This document shows, one piece after another, positions 21,968 to 35,861 of a DNA stretch of 51,460 nt. The notes beneath the pieces were generated by a model. The model ran no database searches. It worked only from the letters and a program-made list of their open reading frames with translations, and was not told where the DNA came from. The stretch spans positions 1-51,460 of the forward strand of contig CALLCZ010000024.1 in the NCBI GenBank assembly GCA_937998645.1, read 5' to 3'. Numbering within the stretch: position 1 is the stretch's first letter; every line of letters starts with the position of its first letter. The stretch comes from an uncultured Gammaproteobacteria bacterium. GTDB lineage: Bacteria; Pseudomonadota; Gammaproteobacteria; SZUA-229. The translations under genes were made by a program, and so were the position numbers.

Positions 21968-22366
21968 TTGTCGACTGAATCGATTAATCGGAATACAGCC
22001 AGGCAGGCCAGGGGCTTCGTCATTGCGCAACTGGCTATAACATTATTATTGTCAGCTATCCTGCTGGGCTGGTATTGGCCGAGCGGCTGGACAGCGGCCT
22101 ATTCGGCACTGACCGGCGGCATGATCGCAACCCTGGCAAACGCCTGGTTTGCATACCAGGTTCTCGGTCCGAGTCAGTCTGACGAACCGGCAACCGTCCT
22201 CAGGGGCTTCTACTGGGGCGAGTTGAATAAGATTTTATTCACGTGCGCGATGTTTGTTGCAGCCTTCGTGCTGATCAGGCCCGTGAATGCAGCAGCCTTA
22301 CTGGCTGTTTATTTTTTTGTACACATGACACCTGCTGCTGTAAATATATTCAGCAGACGCAAATAA
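21968..22366 (+). CDS. atpI: ATP synthase protein I
   Basis: Hydrophobic 4-TM ORF with FYWGE..K motif, first gene of the atp operon; TTG start uncertain. Confidence 0.85.
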   Translation: MSTESINRNTARQARGFVIAQLAITLLLSAILLGWYWPSGWTAAYSALTGGMIATLANAWFAYQVLGPSQSDEPATVLRGFYWGELNKILFTCAMFVAAFVLIRPVNAAALLAVYFFVHMTPAAVNIFSRRK

Positions 22367-23290
<924 letters not shown>

Positions 23291-23302
23291 CGAATTAATT
23301 AA

Positions 23303-23566
<264 letters not shown>

Positions 23567-23596
23567 CTACGACTTTATTAGATACGGTACTAGCGT

Positions 23597-24067
23597 ATGA
23601 ATATCAATTTAACGCTGATTGGGCAATCGATCACTTTTGCCCTGTTTGTGTGGTTCTGTTACGCATTTATCTGGCCACCCCTGATCAATGCGCTTGCTGC
23701 CCGCAAGAAGCAGATTGCTGATGGCCTGGCCGCAGCAGAGCGCGGTGAGCATGAGCAGGAACTGGCGAAGAAAAAAGCGGCTGAGCAATTGAAAGAGGCG
23801 AAGGGTCAGGCGGCAGACATCATTGCACAGGCACAGAAGCGTGCGAATGAAATTGTCGATGAAGCCAAGGACGATGCAAGAACCGAAGCCGAGCGTATCA
23901 AGCTGGGAGCCAATGCCGAGATCGAGCAGGAAGTAAACCGCGCTCGTGAGCATTTGCGCAAGGAAGTCGTTGTACTGGCAATCAGTGGTGCCGAGAAAGT
24001 GCTCAAGCGTGAAGTCGATACCAAAGCACATGCTGCCACGCTCGAAGAACTGGCTGCACAGCTCTAG
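23597..24067 (+). CDS. atpF: F0 subunit b
   Basis: [22 protein letters not shown]. Confidence 0.97.
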   Translation: MNINLTLIGQSITFALFVWFCYAFIWPPLINALAARKKQIADGLAAAERGEHEQELAKKKAAEQLKEAKGQAADIIAQAQKRANEIVDEAKDDARTEAERIKLGANAEIEQEVNRAREHLRKEVVVLAISGAEKVLKREVDTKAHAATLEELAAQL

Positions 24068-24085
24068 GCTGGGGTCAGACGAATA

Positions 24086-24622
24086 ATGGCAGAATACACG
24101 ACTTCAGCACGACCCTATGCAAGAGCGGTCTATACCCAGGCAACAGAGACATCGTCTGTGGAGAGCTGGGGCGAGGCGCTGACTTTGCTGGCGGCTGTTG
24201 CTTCAGATGCAAGCATGCAGGAATTGCTCGACCAGCCTCAACTCAGTAAAGAGCAGAAAGGCGAACTGATGCTCAAGGTTGTCTCTGACAAGCTGAATAA
24301 GCAGCAGCAGAACCTGGTCAGGCTAATGGCTGAAAACGACCGACTAAAAGCACTCCCGGAAGTTGCCCATCAGTTTGAAGTTTATCGCGCAGAAGCCGAA
24401 GGCAAAGTAGAAGCTGAAGTTATCTCTGCATTCGCCCTGACCAGCGAACAGGAACAGGCTATTACCAAAATGCTGAAAAGCAAACTGGGCCGTGATGTAT
24501 CTATCACCACATCGACCGACGAGTCACTCATAGGTGGTGTCATTATCAAGGCCGGAGACACAATTATCGATGGTTCAATGAAATCCCAGCTCGAATCGCT
24601 GGCGATCAACCTGAGCCGTTAA
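24086..24622 (+). CDS. atpH: F1 subunit delta
   Basis: ARPYARA, LIGGVII, IDGS. Confidence 0.96.
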   Translation: MAEYTTSARPYARAVYTQATETSSVESWGEALTLLAAVASDASMQELLDQPQLSKEQKGELMLKVVSDKLNKQQQNLVRLMAENDRLKALPEVAHQFEVYRAEAEGKVEAEVISAFALTSEQEQAITKMLKSKLGRDVSITTSTDESLIGGVIIKAGDTIIDGSMKSQLESLAINLSR

Positions 24623-24635
24623 GAGGAAAGAAAAA

Positions 24636-26177
24636 ATGCAGCTGAATCCATCAGAAATCAGTGAACTCATTAAATCCAGAATCGAGAGTTACGATTCTAC
24701 CGTCGAGGCCCGCACCGAGGGTACCGTGGTCAGCCTGACTGACGGTATCCTGCGTATCCACGGCCTGGCCGATGCCATGCAGGGTGAAATGATCGAATTG
24801 CCCGGTGATACCTATGCCATGGCGCTCAACCTCGAGCGTGACTCCGTTGGTGCGGTGGTGATGGGTGCTTACGGCCATCTGTCTGAGGGTGACACCGCCA
24901 AGTGTACGGGTCGTATTCTTGAAGTGCCGATTGGTGAAGCAATGCTTGGCCGTGTGGTCGATGCGCTGGGCAACCCGATAGATGGTAAGGGTCCCATCGA
25001 TAGCAAGCTAACGGCACCCATTGAAAAAATAGCACCGGGTGTTATCGAGCGTAAGTCTGTTGACCAGCCGGTGCAGACCGGGCTGAAATCAATCGACGCC
25101 ATGGTACCGATCGGGCGCGGCCAGCGTGAGCTGATCATTGGTGACCGCCAGACTGGTAAGACCGCGGTTGCGATCGATGCGATTATCAACCAGGCGAAAT
25201 CCGGCATTAAATGTATTTATGTGGCTGTTGGCCAGAAGGCATCGACGGTAGCTAATATCGTGCGCAAGCTTGAAGAGCACGATGCCATGCAGCACACCAT
25301 TATCGTAGCTGCGACCGCATCAGAATCAGCCGCGATGCAGTTTATTGCACCCTACTCCGGCTGCACCATGGGTGAATTTTTCCGTGACCGTGGTCAGGAT
25401 GCGCTGATTATTTATGATGACCTGACCAAGCAGGCCTGGGCCTATCGCCAGGTGTCATTGCTGTTGCGTCGTCCGCCCGGTCGTGAAGCCTACCCGGGTG
25501 ATGTCTTCTACCTGCACTCACGCCTGCTGGAGCGTGCTGCCCGCGTCAATGCTGAATATGTCGAAGAGTTCACTAACGGCGAAGTCAAAGGCCAGACCGG
25601 ATCATTAACCGCGCTGCCAATCATCGAAACCCAGGATGGTGACGTATCAGCTTTCGTTCCGACCAATGTGATTTCGATCACAGATGGTCAGATCTTCCTT
25701 GAATCAGACTTGTTCAATGCAGGTATCCGTCCTGCGATTAACGCGGGCCTTTCGGTATCCCGTGTTGGTGGTGCGGCACAAACCAAGATCGTCAAGAAGC
25801 TGGGTGGCGGTGTTCGTCTGGCACTGGCCCAGTTCCGTGAACTTGCAGCATTCGCCCAGTTTGCATCCGACCTCGATGATGCAACCCGTGCACAGCTGGA
25901 GCGTGGTGAGCGCGTTACCGAACTGATGAAACAGGCGCAGTACTCGCCGATGACGGTTGCTGAGATGGCGTTTTCACTGTTTGCCGCCAACGAGGGCTAT
26001 CTGGATGATGTTGATACTAACAAGATCGTCAGTTTCGAGGCCGCAATGCAGGCGCACCTGAAGAGCAGTAATGGCGATTTGCTGGACAAGATCAACGAGT
26101 CCGGTGATTACGATGACGACATCGAAGCAGCAATGCGCGCGGCGCTGGATAATTTCAAGGCCAACGGCGTTTACTAA
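24636..26177 (+). CDS. atpA: F1 subunit alpha
   Basis: [31 protein letters not shown]. Confidence 0.98.
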   Translation: MQLNPSEISELIKSRIESYDSTVEARTEGTVVSLTDGILRIHGLADAMQGEMIELPGDTYAMALNLERDSVGAVVMGAYGHLSEGDTAKCTGRILEVPIGEAMLGRVVDALGNPIDGKGPIDSKLTAPIEKIAPGVIERKSVDQPVQTGLKSIDAMVPIGRGQRELIIGDRQTGKTAVAIDAIINQAKSGIKCIYVAVGQKASTVANIVRKLEEHDAMQHTIIVAATASESAAMQFIAPYSGCTMGEFFRDRGQDALIIYDDLTKQAWAYRQVSLLLRRPPGREAYPGDVFYLHSRLLERAARVNAEYVEEFTNGEVKGQTGSLTALPIIETQDGDVSAFVPTNVISITDGQIFLESDLFNAGIRPAINAGLSVSRVGGAAQTKIVKKLGGGVRLALAQFRELAAFAQFASDLDDATRAQLERGERVTELMKQAQYSPMTVAEMAFSLFAANEGYLDDVDTNKIVSFEAAMQAHLKSSNGDLLDKINESGDYDDDIEAAMRAALDNFKANGVY

Positions 26178-26208
26178 GCGGCTTATAACGGGATTACGGG
26201 ACAGATAA

Positions 26209-27072
26209 ATGGCAGGCGCTAAAGAAATACGCTCCAAGATCAAGAGTATCCAGAATACTGCAAAGATCACCAAGGCCATGGAAATGGTTGCTGCGAGCAA
26301 GATGCGCAAGGCGCAGGATCGCATGCGTGCCTCGCGCCCGTATGCCGAAAAGATTCGCAATGTACTGGCGCATCTGGCGCAGGCGAACCCCGAGTATAAG
26401 CACCCGTACCTGGTTGATCGCGAAGAAGTGAAGCGCGTTGGTTACATCATCGTTTCCACCGATCGTGGTCTCTGCGGTGGCCTGAACACCAACATGTTCA
26501 AGGCGGCGGTAAAAGAAATGATTGAATGGGATAGCCAGGGTATAGAGGTCGACGTTTGTGCAATCGGCAGAAAAGCGGTCGGCTTCTTTGGCAGGTTCAA
26601 ATGCAACCTTGTCTCGCAGGCGGACCACCTGGGCGACAGCCCTTCGATGGAAGACCTGATTGGCACCGTCAAAGTCATGCTCGATGCCTATGACGAAGGC
26701 AAGATCGATCGCCTGTACCTGGTGCATAACGTATTCGTAAACACCATGACACAGCAACCGCGAATTCACCAGATGGTTCCGGTCAGTGGTGAAATCGATC
26801 AGGAACTTGAACACCACTGGGACTACATATATGAGCCTGATGCCAGGCACATCATCGATGGCCTGATGTTCCGCTTCATCGAGTCGCAGGTTTACCAGGG
26901 CCTGGTTGAGAATATTGCCAGTGAAATGTCAGCCCGCATGATTGCGATGAAGAGCGCGACCGACAATGCCGGCGAAATCATTAAAGAATTGCAAACCGTT
27001 TATAACAAGGCGAGGCAGGCCGCGATTACCCAGGAAATCTCGGAAATCGTCAGTGGTGCCGCTGCTGTTTAA
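26209..27072 (+). CDS. atpG: F1 subunit gamma
   Basis: [33 protein letters not shown]. Confidence 0.98.
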   Translation: MAGAKEIRSKIKSIQNTAKITKAMEMVAASKMRKAQDRMRASRPYAEKIRNVLAHLAQANPEYKHPYLVDREEVKRVGYIIVSTDRGLCGGLNTNMFKAAVKEMIEWDSQGIEVDVCAIGRKAVGFFGRFKCNLVSQADHLGDSPSMEDLIGTVKVMLDAYDEGKIDRLYLVHNVFVNTMTQQPRIHQMVPVSGEIDQELEHHWDYIYEPDARHIIDGLMFRFIESQVYQGLVENIASEMSARMIAMKSATDNAGEIIKELQTVYNKARQAAITQEISEIVSGAAAV

Positions 27073-27084
27073 ACGCTTTGCTGA

Positions 27085-28497
<1,413 letters not shown>

Positions 28498-28517
28498 CAG
28501 GCGAAGAGTGATATAAA

Positions 28518-28937
28518 ATGTCAATGACCATGCACGTAGATATCGTCAGCGCGGAAACCGAGATTTATTCTGGTACGGTTATCGAGTGCTATGCGCCGGC
28601 GGAAATGGGTGAAGTCGGTATTCACCCTCGCCACGCCCCGTTGATTACCAAGCTGAAGCCGGGCGAAGTGCGTATCGTTCTTCAGGATGGTGATGAAAAG
28701 TCATTTTTCGTTAATGGCGGTATTCTAGAAATTCAGCCTCATGTTGTAACCATCCTGTCAGACACAGCCATAAGAGCTGCAGATATCGACGAAGCTGCGG
28801 CGATGGAGGCTAAATCCAGGGCTGAAGCTGCAATGGCGGACAAGAAATCGGATCTGGATTACGCACGCGCCAAGGCTGAACTGATCGAGGCGGTTGCCAA
28901 GATAGAAACGATCAAGAAACTGCGCAAGAGAAAATAA
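28518..28937 (+). CDS. atpC: F1 subunit epsilon
   Basis: [26 protein letters not shown]. Confidence 0.97.
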   Translation: MSMTMHVDIVSAETEIYSGTVIECYAPAEMGEVGIHPRHAPLITKLKPGEVRIVLQDGDEKSFFVNGGILEIQPHVVTILSDTAIRAADIDEAAAMEAKSRAEAAMADKKSDLDYARAKAELIEAVAKIETIKKLRKRK

Positions 28938-28977
28938 TCAAAGCCCGTCATTGAAACAGCATATAAGCTAATATTAT

Positions 28978-29003
28978 AAGGCCGGTATATACCGGCCTTT
29001 TTT
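28978..29003 (+). terminator. Rho-independent terminator of the atp operon
   Basis: AAGGCCGGTATATACCGGCCTT palindrome followed by a T-run. Confidence 0.85.
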
Positions 29004-29024
29004 ATTTTATTTATGGCTATTATT

Positions 29025-30383
29025 ATGAAACTCAGTGTGATTATTCTTGCCGCCGGTCAGGGCACGCGCATGAAAAGTGCATTACCAAAAGTGATGCACA
29101 AGCTTGCGGGCATACCCATGCTTGAGCATGTGTACAATCGCAGTCTTGAACTGGGGGCCGAAGATATTCATATCGTATATGGTCATGGCGGTGAGCACCT
29201 GCATGACTATTGCAGTGACTTCGATGTCGAGTGGGTGTTACAGGATCAGCAGCTCGGCACAGCTCATGCAGTACAACAGGCGAGTCCAGGCATCGCCGAT
29301 GATCATATTGTGTTGATACTGTATGGCGACGTCCCGCTTATAAAATCAAAAACACTCAAGGCGCTGATCGACAATGTCAGCTCAGATAGCATTTCCCTGC
29401 TAACCGTTGTTCTTGAAGATCCGTGCGGGTATGGAAGAATTATTCGTCATGACGGCGAGGCTGTTGCCATCGTTGAACATAAAGATGCAACTGAGGAACA
29501 AAAGAAAATTACTGAAGTAAATACCGGCATACTCGCATTACACGCCGGTTACCTTAATGAATGTTTGAATAAAATTGATAACAGAAATGTTCAGGGTGAA
29601 TACTATTTAACAGATGTAATTCAGTTGGGAGTTAAGGACGGGAAAAAAATAATAACGTCACAGCCGGATAATACATACGAGGTGGAAGGTGTGAATGATA
29701 GAAAGCAATTGTCGAAACTCGAACGAATTAAACAGCAGGAACAGGTCGAATTGATTATGGCTGAAGGTGTTTCAGTGGCTGATCCAGCAAGAATCGATAT
29801 ACGTGGTGAGCTTGATATCGGCAGTGATTCCTTCATCGATATCAATTGTGTTTTTGCAGGCAATGTGACTGTAGGCAGGAATGTAACGATAGGCCCTGGT
29901 TGTGTTATCAGTGACAGCACAATAGCGGATGGATGCATTATCAAACCCTACTCCGTAATAGAAAAAGCCACCATTGATAACAATGTAGAAGTCGGGCCTT
30001 TTGCACGTCTGCGCCCGGGCGCGCACCTTAAGCAAAACAGCAGAGTTGGTAATTTTGTTGAAGTCAAGAATACGCAGCTAGGAGAAGGGAGCAAGGCCAG
30101 CCACCTTAGCTATTTAGGTGACACCGAGGTCGGCAGTATGGTCAATATCGGCGCAGGCACAATCACATGTAATTATGATGGTGCGAACAAGCACAAAACC
30201 ATCATCAAGGATGGCGCGTTTATTGGGTCGGATACACAGCTTGTTGCACCGGTAACAGTAGGAAAGAATGCGACGATTGGTGCCGGCAGCACGATTACCA
30301 GGGATACAGAAGACGAGAAATTAACTTTGAGCAGGACAGCGCAAAAAACCATCAAGGGCTGGGAGCGGCCGAAAAAAATATAA
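29025..30383 (+). CDS. glmU: Bifunctional UDP-GlcNAc pyrophosphorylase / glucosamine-1-phosphate acetyltransferase
   Basis: ILAAGQGTRMKS, GEYYLTD, hexapeptide repeats, CNYDGANK; start 29025 or 29013. Confidence 0.97.
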   Translation: MKLSVIILAAGQGTRMKSALPKVMHKLAGIPMLEHVYNRSLELGAEDIHIVYGHGGEHLHDYCSDFDVEWVLQDQQLGTAHAVQQASPGIADDHIVLILYGDVPLIKSKTLKALIDNVSSDSISLLTVVLEDPCGYGRIIRHDGEAVAIVEHKDATEEQKKITEVNTGILALHAGYLNECLNKIDNRNVQGEYYLTDVIQLGVKDGKKIITSQPDNTYEVEGVNDRKQLSKLERIKQQEQVELIMAEGVSVADPARIDIRGELDIGSDSFIDINCVFAGNVTVGRNVTIGPGCVISDSTIADGCIIKPYSVIEKATIDNNVEVGPFARLRPGAHLKQNSRVGNFVEVKNTQLGEGSKASHLSYLGDTEVGSMVNIGAGTITCNYDGANKHKTIIKDGAFIGSDTQLVAPVTVGKNATIGAGSTITRDTEDEKLTLSRTAQKTIKGWERPKKI

Positions 30384-30743
30384 CTGTCTAATCTCGCATT
30401 TATCTATGTGTAGTTATTGTAATAGTCCGGACATGATCTGACATCTATCACCGGATTTAAAAAGGTCGAAACCAGTCCACAGTGGCAGAAACTTAACGTT
30501 TATCCTGCATTTTCGGCATTAACCTGTGGCCTTGTAAGCGGTATAAGCCGTTTATTTCAACATGGAATGAAGCTGTCGGTTTGGCATTTAATGTACTTAT
30601 GTGGCGCAAATTAGCAAGAAGACATCATAAGTAACTGATTGTTGTCAATGATTCGCATTGAAATTAGCATATTGCCAGTGCTGAGGTTGGTAATTTAAAC
30701 CGCAGCTAATTAAAATAGCCGCTTCCCTGAAATAACAGGAAGC

Positions 30744-33700
30744 ATGAAATTGGCTACGGTAATGACATCACAAACAAAATATACTCGCCCTGAAAGAAGA
30801 GCAGTAGATCAACGTCAGATATTGCTCGAGCATATCTGTCTACAACTTGCAGCAATGGGGCATCGCTGCGAGCTTAATACTGATCGTAGTTATCTATCGA
30901 TTGCTGACAGCCTGCTGAAAAACTATTCAGAACAGAGGCGACTGCTGGCAGAATACCGCTGCCCTGCTGACCAGCGTATACAGGATTTCATTAATAGCTA
31001 CTATGCACGCAACGGTGTAGATGTATCGATCAAGCTACCCGGTGAAACATTTACACTGAATGCGCCAGGCACCGCACGCGAATTATCGTTGCCATTTAGC
31101 GGGAACAAGTATCAATCATCCTTGCTTGAATCATATCGTGTTCAGCAAGGTGTACTGCATAATCCAAAAAGTGACCGGCGTACAACAGCCGGTGTCTTTC
31201 ATATTGTGGAAGGTGGCTTGCCTGTACCTGCGGACAAAAAGGCGGTCCCGGTGAATGTGCATGCCAATTTGCTGCAAGCTGCACTGGATCCACCTGAAGA
31301 ATTAATGGGGCTGCCTATATCAAGTAACTTTCCTCATCCAATTAACCTCTGGGTGTCACTTTTGGTCAGGCCTATCGTACGGCCGGAAGTGGAAGGTGTT
31401 ATGCCGGCGAGGAGCCTGGAAACACGAATGTTCGCACCCGGTAGCCTGATTGCGAATCTTGATTTTGTAGAATCAATATTTGGTAATGCAGGTGATCCAT
31501 TCCTTTCTGAAAATGACGCCGCGCTCGATATTGATCACTGGACAGGGCACAGTGGTTGCATAATTCTTGCACCTCATCTGATCAAGCTGGGCAAAAAGGC
31601 TCTTGGTCTGCCGCACTTTGATGATGCTACTGAACGCCAGCGTAAAGACGGCATGTGCTGGAAAGATGCTGATGAACTCTATAATGATGGCAACGCATTC
31701 AAGATCGTATGTCGTGATATGACGGGAGTGGTTGTTACAATTATCGCTGATAACTATTTTGGTTATAGTAAAAAGGAAATCAAGTCACAGATAAGTTATT
31801 CGGCAAACCTTTTCGGTGGTGTTGAGGAAGAACATGCAGGTGGTGCCCTCGCCTTCCCGCGCTTCAATCTTGGTGAGGTATATTTGCCAAGGATTGAAGA
31901 GGAAATGAGTGACCATACTTTTGATCGACTATGTAAGCAGCTGGAAGGCGGCATAGAAATCAAGCAAGAAGGATATGCCGTTGACGTGAATTATCCGGAT
32001 ATTATCTATATTCCCGAGAATGCTCATATCGACATGCAAAAGCAGCGTGTTAGCTGGCACAAAGACGGCGTGCTGCAGCATATAAAGTTGTTGGCTAAGC
32101 ATGCATATCTCTATCCCAGCGGTTTCAAGGTTCACATGGAGAAGCACCCAAGTGCACCAAGCTGGCGTCTTATAGGGACCCTGGGGGAAGGTACCTTTTG
32201 CCATAAACCCAGCACGGTTTCGGGGGGCGGAAAATCAGAAATTTCGAAATCGATTCAGGACTCGATGCTAAGTGGGCCGATATTTATCGGTGATTATGAA
32301 AAAGATCTTGAACAGGTTGAAGCGATTTTTAACAGGGATTACTCTGACAGGTTTAAAGACCCATCGAAAAAAGATAATCGATCTTTATTGAGTAGTGAGC
32401 GTAGTCTTGGTTCGGTCATAAAATTACTGACACCATCCCCGCTATTTACTGACGAACATAATCAATGGCTTGAAACCATACATCAGCATATTTTTGCACT
32501 GGTTTTTCTTATCAAGCGTTTCTATAACCCGGTGTGGGGTAATAACTGGCGCAAGCATTTCTCAGTTGATGAAGTCAATGGTAATCCCGGTCATGAACTG
32601 AAATACGATGGACGTACACTGATTACCGGCTATTTGCGTGTTGGTACTCACAGTGATGGTACCTGGCGTGTTTACAAGATGAGACAGGACTTTGTCGCAG
32701 CTAAAAAAGTGCAAACAGAAGATGATATATCGGCGTCCGTTGTGGTACCAACGAAGCATGTAAAGGGTCTGAATAAACACATCAATAGCGAGAGTATCAA
32801 GCTGGTAGTTAATTGTGAAAACCACCTGTTCCAGCGTCCTGATGATGCGATTAATCGCGGACTGGATAAACAAACAGAGTCTGACCTGGCCGGGAACAAT
32901 AATTTTATTTCTAACTTCGAGCCCTTAACCAGCCGGGATGCGCGTGAGCTGGTTGAGGATGCAATACATTTCCAGGATTATTCTGCACCCATGCGGAAAA
33001 GAATTCGTGATGCTGCAAAGAAGCCGGATAGTGAATACTTTGTATCATCGGCACATCCGCGAATCGTTAATGGCAAGCCCAGCCCGAACATGCGCTATTT
33101 GCAGAGACGTCCCGATCTGGCCAATCCAAGGCACAAGTATCTGGCGGTGATGGGTACACGACTGGCACGTGGCCTGACACTTGAACAACCTGTACATTTC
33201 CCGGTTAATGCAGTGCTGCAGGGGCGTCGTAATAACCCTCAGGATAAAGAACGTGGCATTCGACCATTGGCAGTATACAACCCGATTCATTACCAGGAGC
33301 TACCCGAGTTATTCATGGACCTGATTTGCAGTCTGACTGGAAAGTCACCCTCTACTACGGGTGCTGGCTCCGAAGGCGCGCTTACAAAAGGCCCGTTTAA
33401 TGCGTTATCAACTACTACAGACCTGAATAATGCACTCGTGTCCTTTATTTTATGCGGGCATGATGGTTTCTCATCAGCAGCCGGATATATCGGATCACGA
33501 CGCCGTATTGATCATGATATCAGTATGCTGATTCCGGAAATCTGGTGCCGCTTTCCGATCGAGCAGCGCGAACCACAGTACCTTATCGAGCATGGCTACC
33601 TGGAAAAGCTTGATGATTTTGAGTTCAAGGGTAAAACTGTATACGCCAGCAGGCTTGGATACCGCATCACGCATAATTTTGTACATGCCTATTTTGGCAA

Positions 33701-34211
33701 GTTATTTGATAGTCCTACCATCGTATTTGATGAAGCTATGTTACGGCCTGAAACGCAGGATATGGATGCCTATGTTGACGGTATTAACAATATCACTGAA
33801 GCACAACAGCGCGTGGCTAAAGCGTATTTTGAAGATGATTCTATTAACGATGCCTGTCCCCCATTACAGGCAATACTCCATATAATGGCAAACGGCCATT
33901 ATGATGGAAAGACTGTTGATGATCCCGCGATACGAGGGATGTTTACTCGTGAATACCTGATGCAAAGCGACTGGTACCAGGAAAGACTCAGGATCAAGCA
34001 GGAGCGTGATGCTGCACTCTGGCAGATGAATAGAGACTACGTAGAGCAGAAAATGGATGAATTAAAGGAGGATGACACTGAAAAATGGGCTGACTTGCAG
34101 GGACGTATCGAAAAAGCAGAGCAAATGATCGAGTGGGTAAGCAGCCAGAATTACCTCGATCAGCTACAAGGTACTCTGGGGGCTGACTGGGTACACAGAG
34201 AAAACGCCTGA
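30744..34211 (+). CDS. PPi-dependent phosphoenolpyruvate carboxykinase (PEP carboxytransphosphorylase) family protein
   Basis: 1155 aa; LHNPKSDRRTT.GVFHI.EGGLP, NLDFVESIFGNAGDP, EEHAGGA, TVSGGGKSEISK, GKSPSTTGAGSEGALTK motifs recalled from the PPi-PEPCK family. Confidence 0.85.
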   Translation: MKLATVMTSQTKYTRPERRAVDQRQILLEHICLQLAAMGHRCELNTDRSYLSIADSLLKNYSEQRRLLAEYRCPADQRIQDFINSYYARNGVDVSIKLPGETFTLNAPGTARELSLPFSGNKYQSSLLESYRVQQGVLHNPKSDRRTTAGVFHIVEGGLPVPADKKAVPVNVHANLLQAALDPPEELMGLPISSNFPHPINLWVSLLVRPIVRPEVEGVMPARSLETRMFAPGSLIANLDFVESIFGNAGDPFLSENDAALDIDHWTGHSGCIILAPHLIKLGKKALGLPHFDDATERQRKDGMCWKDADELYNDGNAFKIVCRDMTGVVVTIIADNYFGYSKKEIKSQISYSANLFGGVEEEHAGGALAFPRFNLGEVYLPRIEEEMSDHTFDRLCKQLEGGIEIKQEGYAVDVNYPDIIYIPENAHIDMQKQRVSWHKDGVLQHIKLLAKHAYLYPSGFKVHMEKHPSAPSWRLIGTLGEGTFCHKPSTVSGGGKSEISKSIQDSMLSGPIFIGDYEKDLEQVEAIFNRDYSDRFKDPSKKDNRSLLSSERSLGSVIKLLTPSPLFTDEHNQWLETIHQHIFALVFLIKRFYNPVWGNNWRKHFSVDEVNGNPGHELKYDGRTLITGYLRVGTHSDGTWRVYKMRQDFVAAKKVQTEDDISASVVVPTKHVKGLNKHINSESIKLVVNCENHLFQRPDDAINRGLDKQTESDLAGNNNFISNFEPLTSRDARELVEDAIHFQDYSAPMRKRIRDAAKKPDSEYFVSSAHPRIVNGKPSPNMRYLQRRPDLANPRHKYLAVMGTRLARGLTLEQPVHFPVNAVLQGRRNNPQDKERGIRPLAVYNPIHYQELPELFMDLICSLTGKSPSTTGAGSEGALTKGPFNALSTTTDLNNALVSFILCGHDGFSSAAGYIGSRRRIDHDISMLIPEIWCRFPIEQREPQYLIEHGYLEKLDDFEFKGKTVYASRLGYRITHNFVHAYFGKLFDSPTIVFDEAMLRPETQDMDAYVDGINNITEAQQRVAKAYFEDDSINDACPPLQAILHIMANGHYDGKTVDDPAIRGMFTREYLMQSDWYQERLRIKQERDAALWQMNRDYVEQKMDELKEDDTEKWADLQGRIEKAEQMIEWVSSQNYLDQLQGTLGADWVHRENA

Positions 34212-34260
34212 CATCCCGATATCGCTCATAATATTAAGGGCTTATATGATAAAAATTTCG

Positions 34261-34288
34261 TTGACGGGGACAGGTTGCCGTGTATAAT
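34261..34288 (+). promoter_or_regulatory. Sigma-70 promoter of the cold-shock gene, giving a long AT-rich 5' UTR
   Basis: TTGACG-N16-TATAAT about 145 bp upstream of the start codon. Confidence 0.65.
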
Positions 34289-34432
34289 TCTGATTAGCCT
34301 GAAATATATGGCAGTATTTATGTACACCATTACGATGTTTGTTATCAGTAATTCGTCCTGCAACTCATAAGTAATACCTGTATTTCTTAGCAATAACCAA
34401 CATAAGTAATTTTATTTAAACAGGTAATATCC

Positions 34433-34642
34433 ATGTCAAACACAGTTACAGGAACAGTTAAATTCTTTAATGATACCAAGGGTTTTGGATTCATCGAACA
34501 GGAATCAGGTCCAGATGTCTTTGTGCATTTCAGCGCAATCACTGGCGAAGGCTTCAAAACGCTGACCGAAGGCCAGAAAGTTGAATTTACAGTAACCCAG
34601 GGTCAGAAAGGCCCCCAGGCTGAGAACGTAAAAGCGGTTTAA
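34433..34642 (+). CDS. Cold-shock protein (CspA family)
   Basis: KGFGFI (RNP1) and DVFVHFSAI (RNP2). Confidence 0.97.
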   Translation: MSNTVTGTVKFFNDTKGFGFIEQESGPDVFVHFSAITGEGFKTLTEGQKVEFTVTQGQKGPQAENVKAV

Positions 34643-34670
34643 TACCCCCCCTCTTTTGAGTTTGAATTTG

Positions 34671-34705
34671 AGCCCCCGGAAGACATAAGTTTTTCGGGGG
34701 CTTTT
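34671..34705 (+). terminator. Rho-independent terminator after csp
   Basis: AGCCCCCGGAAGA...TTTTTCGGGGGCT followed by TTT. Confidence 0.8.
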
Positions 34706-35031
34706 CATATCCGGCTAAAAACTATCGAAATAATTGAAGCGGCTGGATAAGAGCCTGCATGCGCGGCTTTCTAGATACAGGCTGAAGCCTGTTGCATTAC
34801 ATGCACAATCCCTCTAAAGACAGTGCCCGACTGCTATATCAGCCTCAAATGAGCCGCCTGCAGCTGTTCAACGGGCGCCGCACAGACCCGCGTCACAATA
34901 TAAATTCATAATTATCAATATGTTATAAATGTTTAGTGCAGTATATCCTGATGCAAATTATTGACAAATAGCACCTGATATATTAGAATTTGCTAATATA
35001 CAGATTGCGGCTTGCTGCCACAGGTAATGTT

Positions 35032-35706
35032 ATGAGTAGTATCAGGAATATATTTATCGGGCTGGTTTTATCCATAGTTTCGGCTTCCGCCATTGCGGAA
35101 GAAGAAGTTTGTGCACCCTTCAAAGATGGTGTCGTCGATGGGTCAGTCGTTTCGAAAATGCTGTCAGCGGCTAACGACGGCCACTTGTATCGAATTAATC
35201 CGGCCTCATCAAAAATTGGCTTTTGTATCGACAGCCCAGTGGGCTTGATCGAAGGTGAATTCAAAGATTTCACCGGTGGACTCACCTTTTTACAGGAGGA
35301 TGCATCTACTGATGAGCAAGCACTGGTTATGGTAAATACAGCCAGTCTCGAGACTGACGGATCTTTTATTGAGGGTTTGCTTAAAGGCAGGAAATTCTTT
35401 GATGTCGAAAATTATCCCGAAATCCTGTTTGTGAGCACCGGTTTTAAATGGGTCAGCGAAACCGAGGCGGTTCTGATGGGTGACTTAACAATGCACGGTG
35501 TCACAAAAGCAGTAGGGTTCCATGTGGAATTAATCGAACAGCCAGGTGATGATGAGCCGGGTAGTCTTGAGCAGGAGCAGCGGATCCTGGTTAGAGCGAC
35601 GACTCGCATTCTCCGCTCTGAATTTGGACTGACCGCTTTGTCTCAGATGGTGGGCAATTCAGTTAATTTGTGTATGAGCGTTGACGCGGTTAAATACAGC
35701 GCCTGA
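35032..35706 (+). CDS. YceI family (polyisoprenoid-binding) periplasmic protein with N-terminal extension
   Basis: Signal peptide; FFDVENYPEILFVST, GDLTMHGVTK, RSEFG; start set at ATG 35032. Confidence 0.88.
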   Translation: MSSIRNIFIGLVLSIVSASAIAEEEVCAPFKDGVVDGSVVSKMLSAANDGHLYRINPASSKIGFCIDSPVGLIEGEFKDFTGGLTFLQEDASTDEQALVMVNTASLETDGSFIEGLLKGRKFFDVENYPEILFVSTGFKWVSETEAVLMGDLTMHGVTKAVGFHVELIEQPGDDEPGSLEQEQRILVRATTRILRSEFGLTALSQMVGNSVNLCMSVDAVKYSA

Positions 35707-35750
35707 TACAAAACCCGTACGATTGCCTCCTTTGTTGTAATGTTGAATCT

Positions 35751-35779
35751 ATACCGGCCCTTGATACGGGCCGGTTTAT
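35751..35779 (+). terminator. Probable terminator between the yceI paralogues
   Basis: ACCGGCCC-N7-GGGCCGGT followed by TTATT. Confidence 0.6.
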
Positions 35780-35861
35780 TCTCCTGGTTTTGATATATCG
35801 CATTCCTGCGGTGTAGACTGTTCATTATAATCGACTCATCGAGGTTGATTCGAACAAGTAA

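Noticed and set aside
30602-30616. Sigma-54 promoter TGGCGC...TAGCA upstream of the PEPCK gene
   Set aside because: GG-to-GC spacing is 9 nt rather than the required 10
35516-35531. Third parS site (GGTTCCATGTGGAATT) in yceI-1
   Set aside because: Four mismatches to the consensus and 30 kb from oriC; compatible with chance coding of GFHVEL
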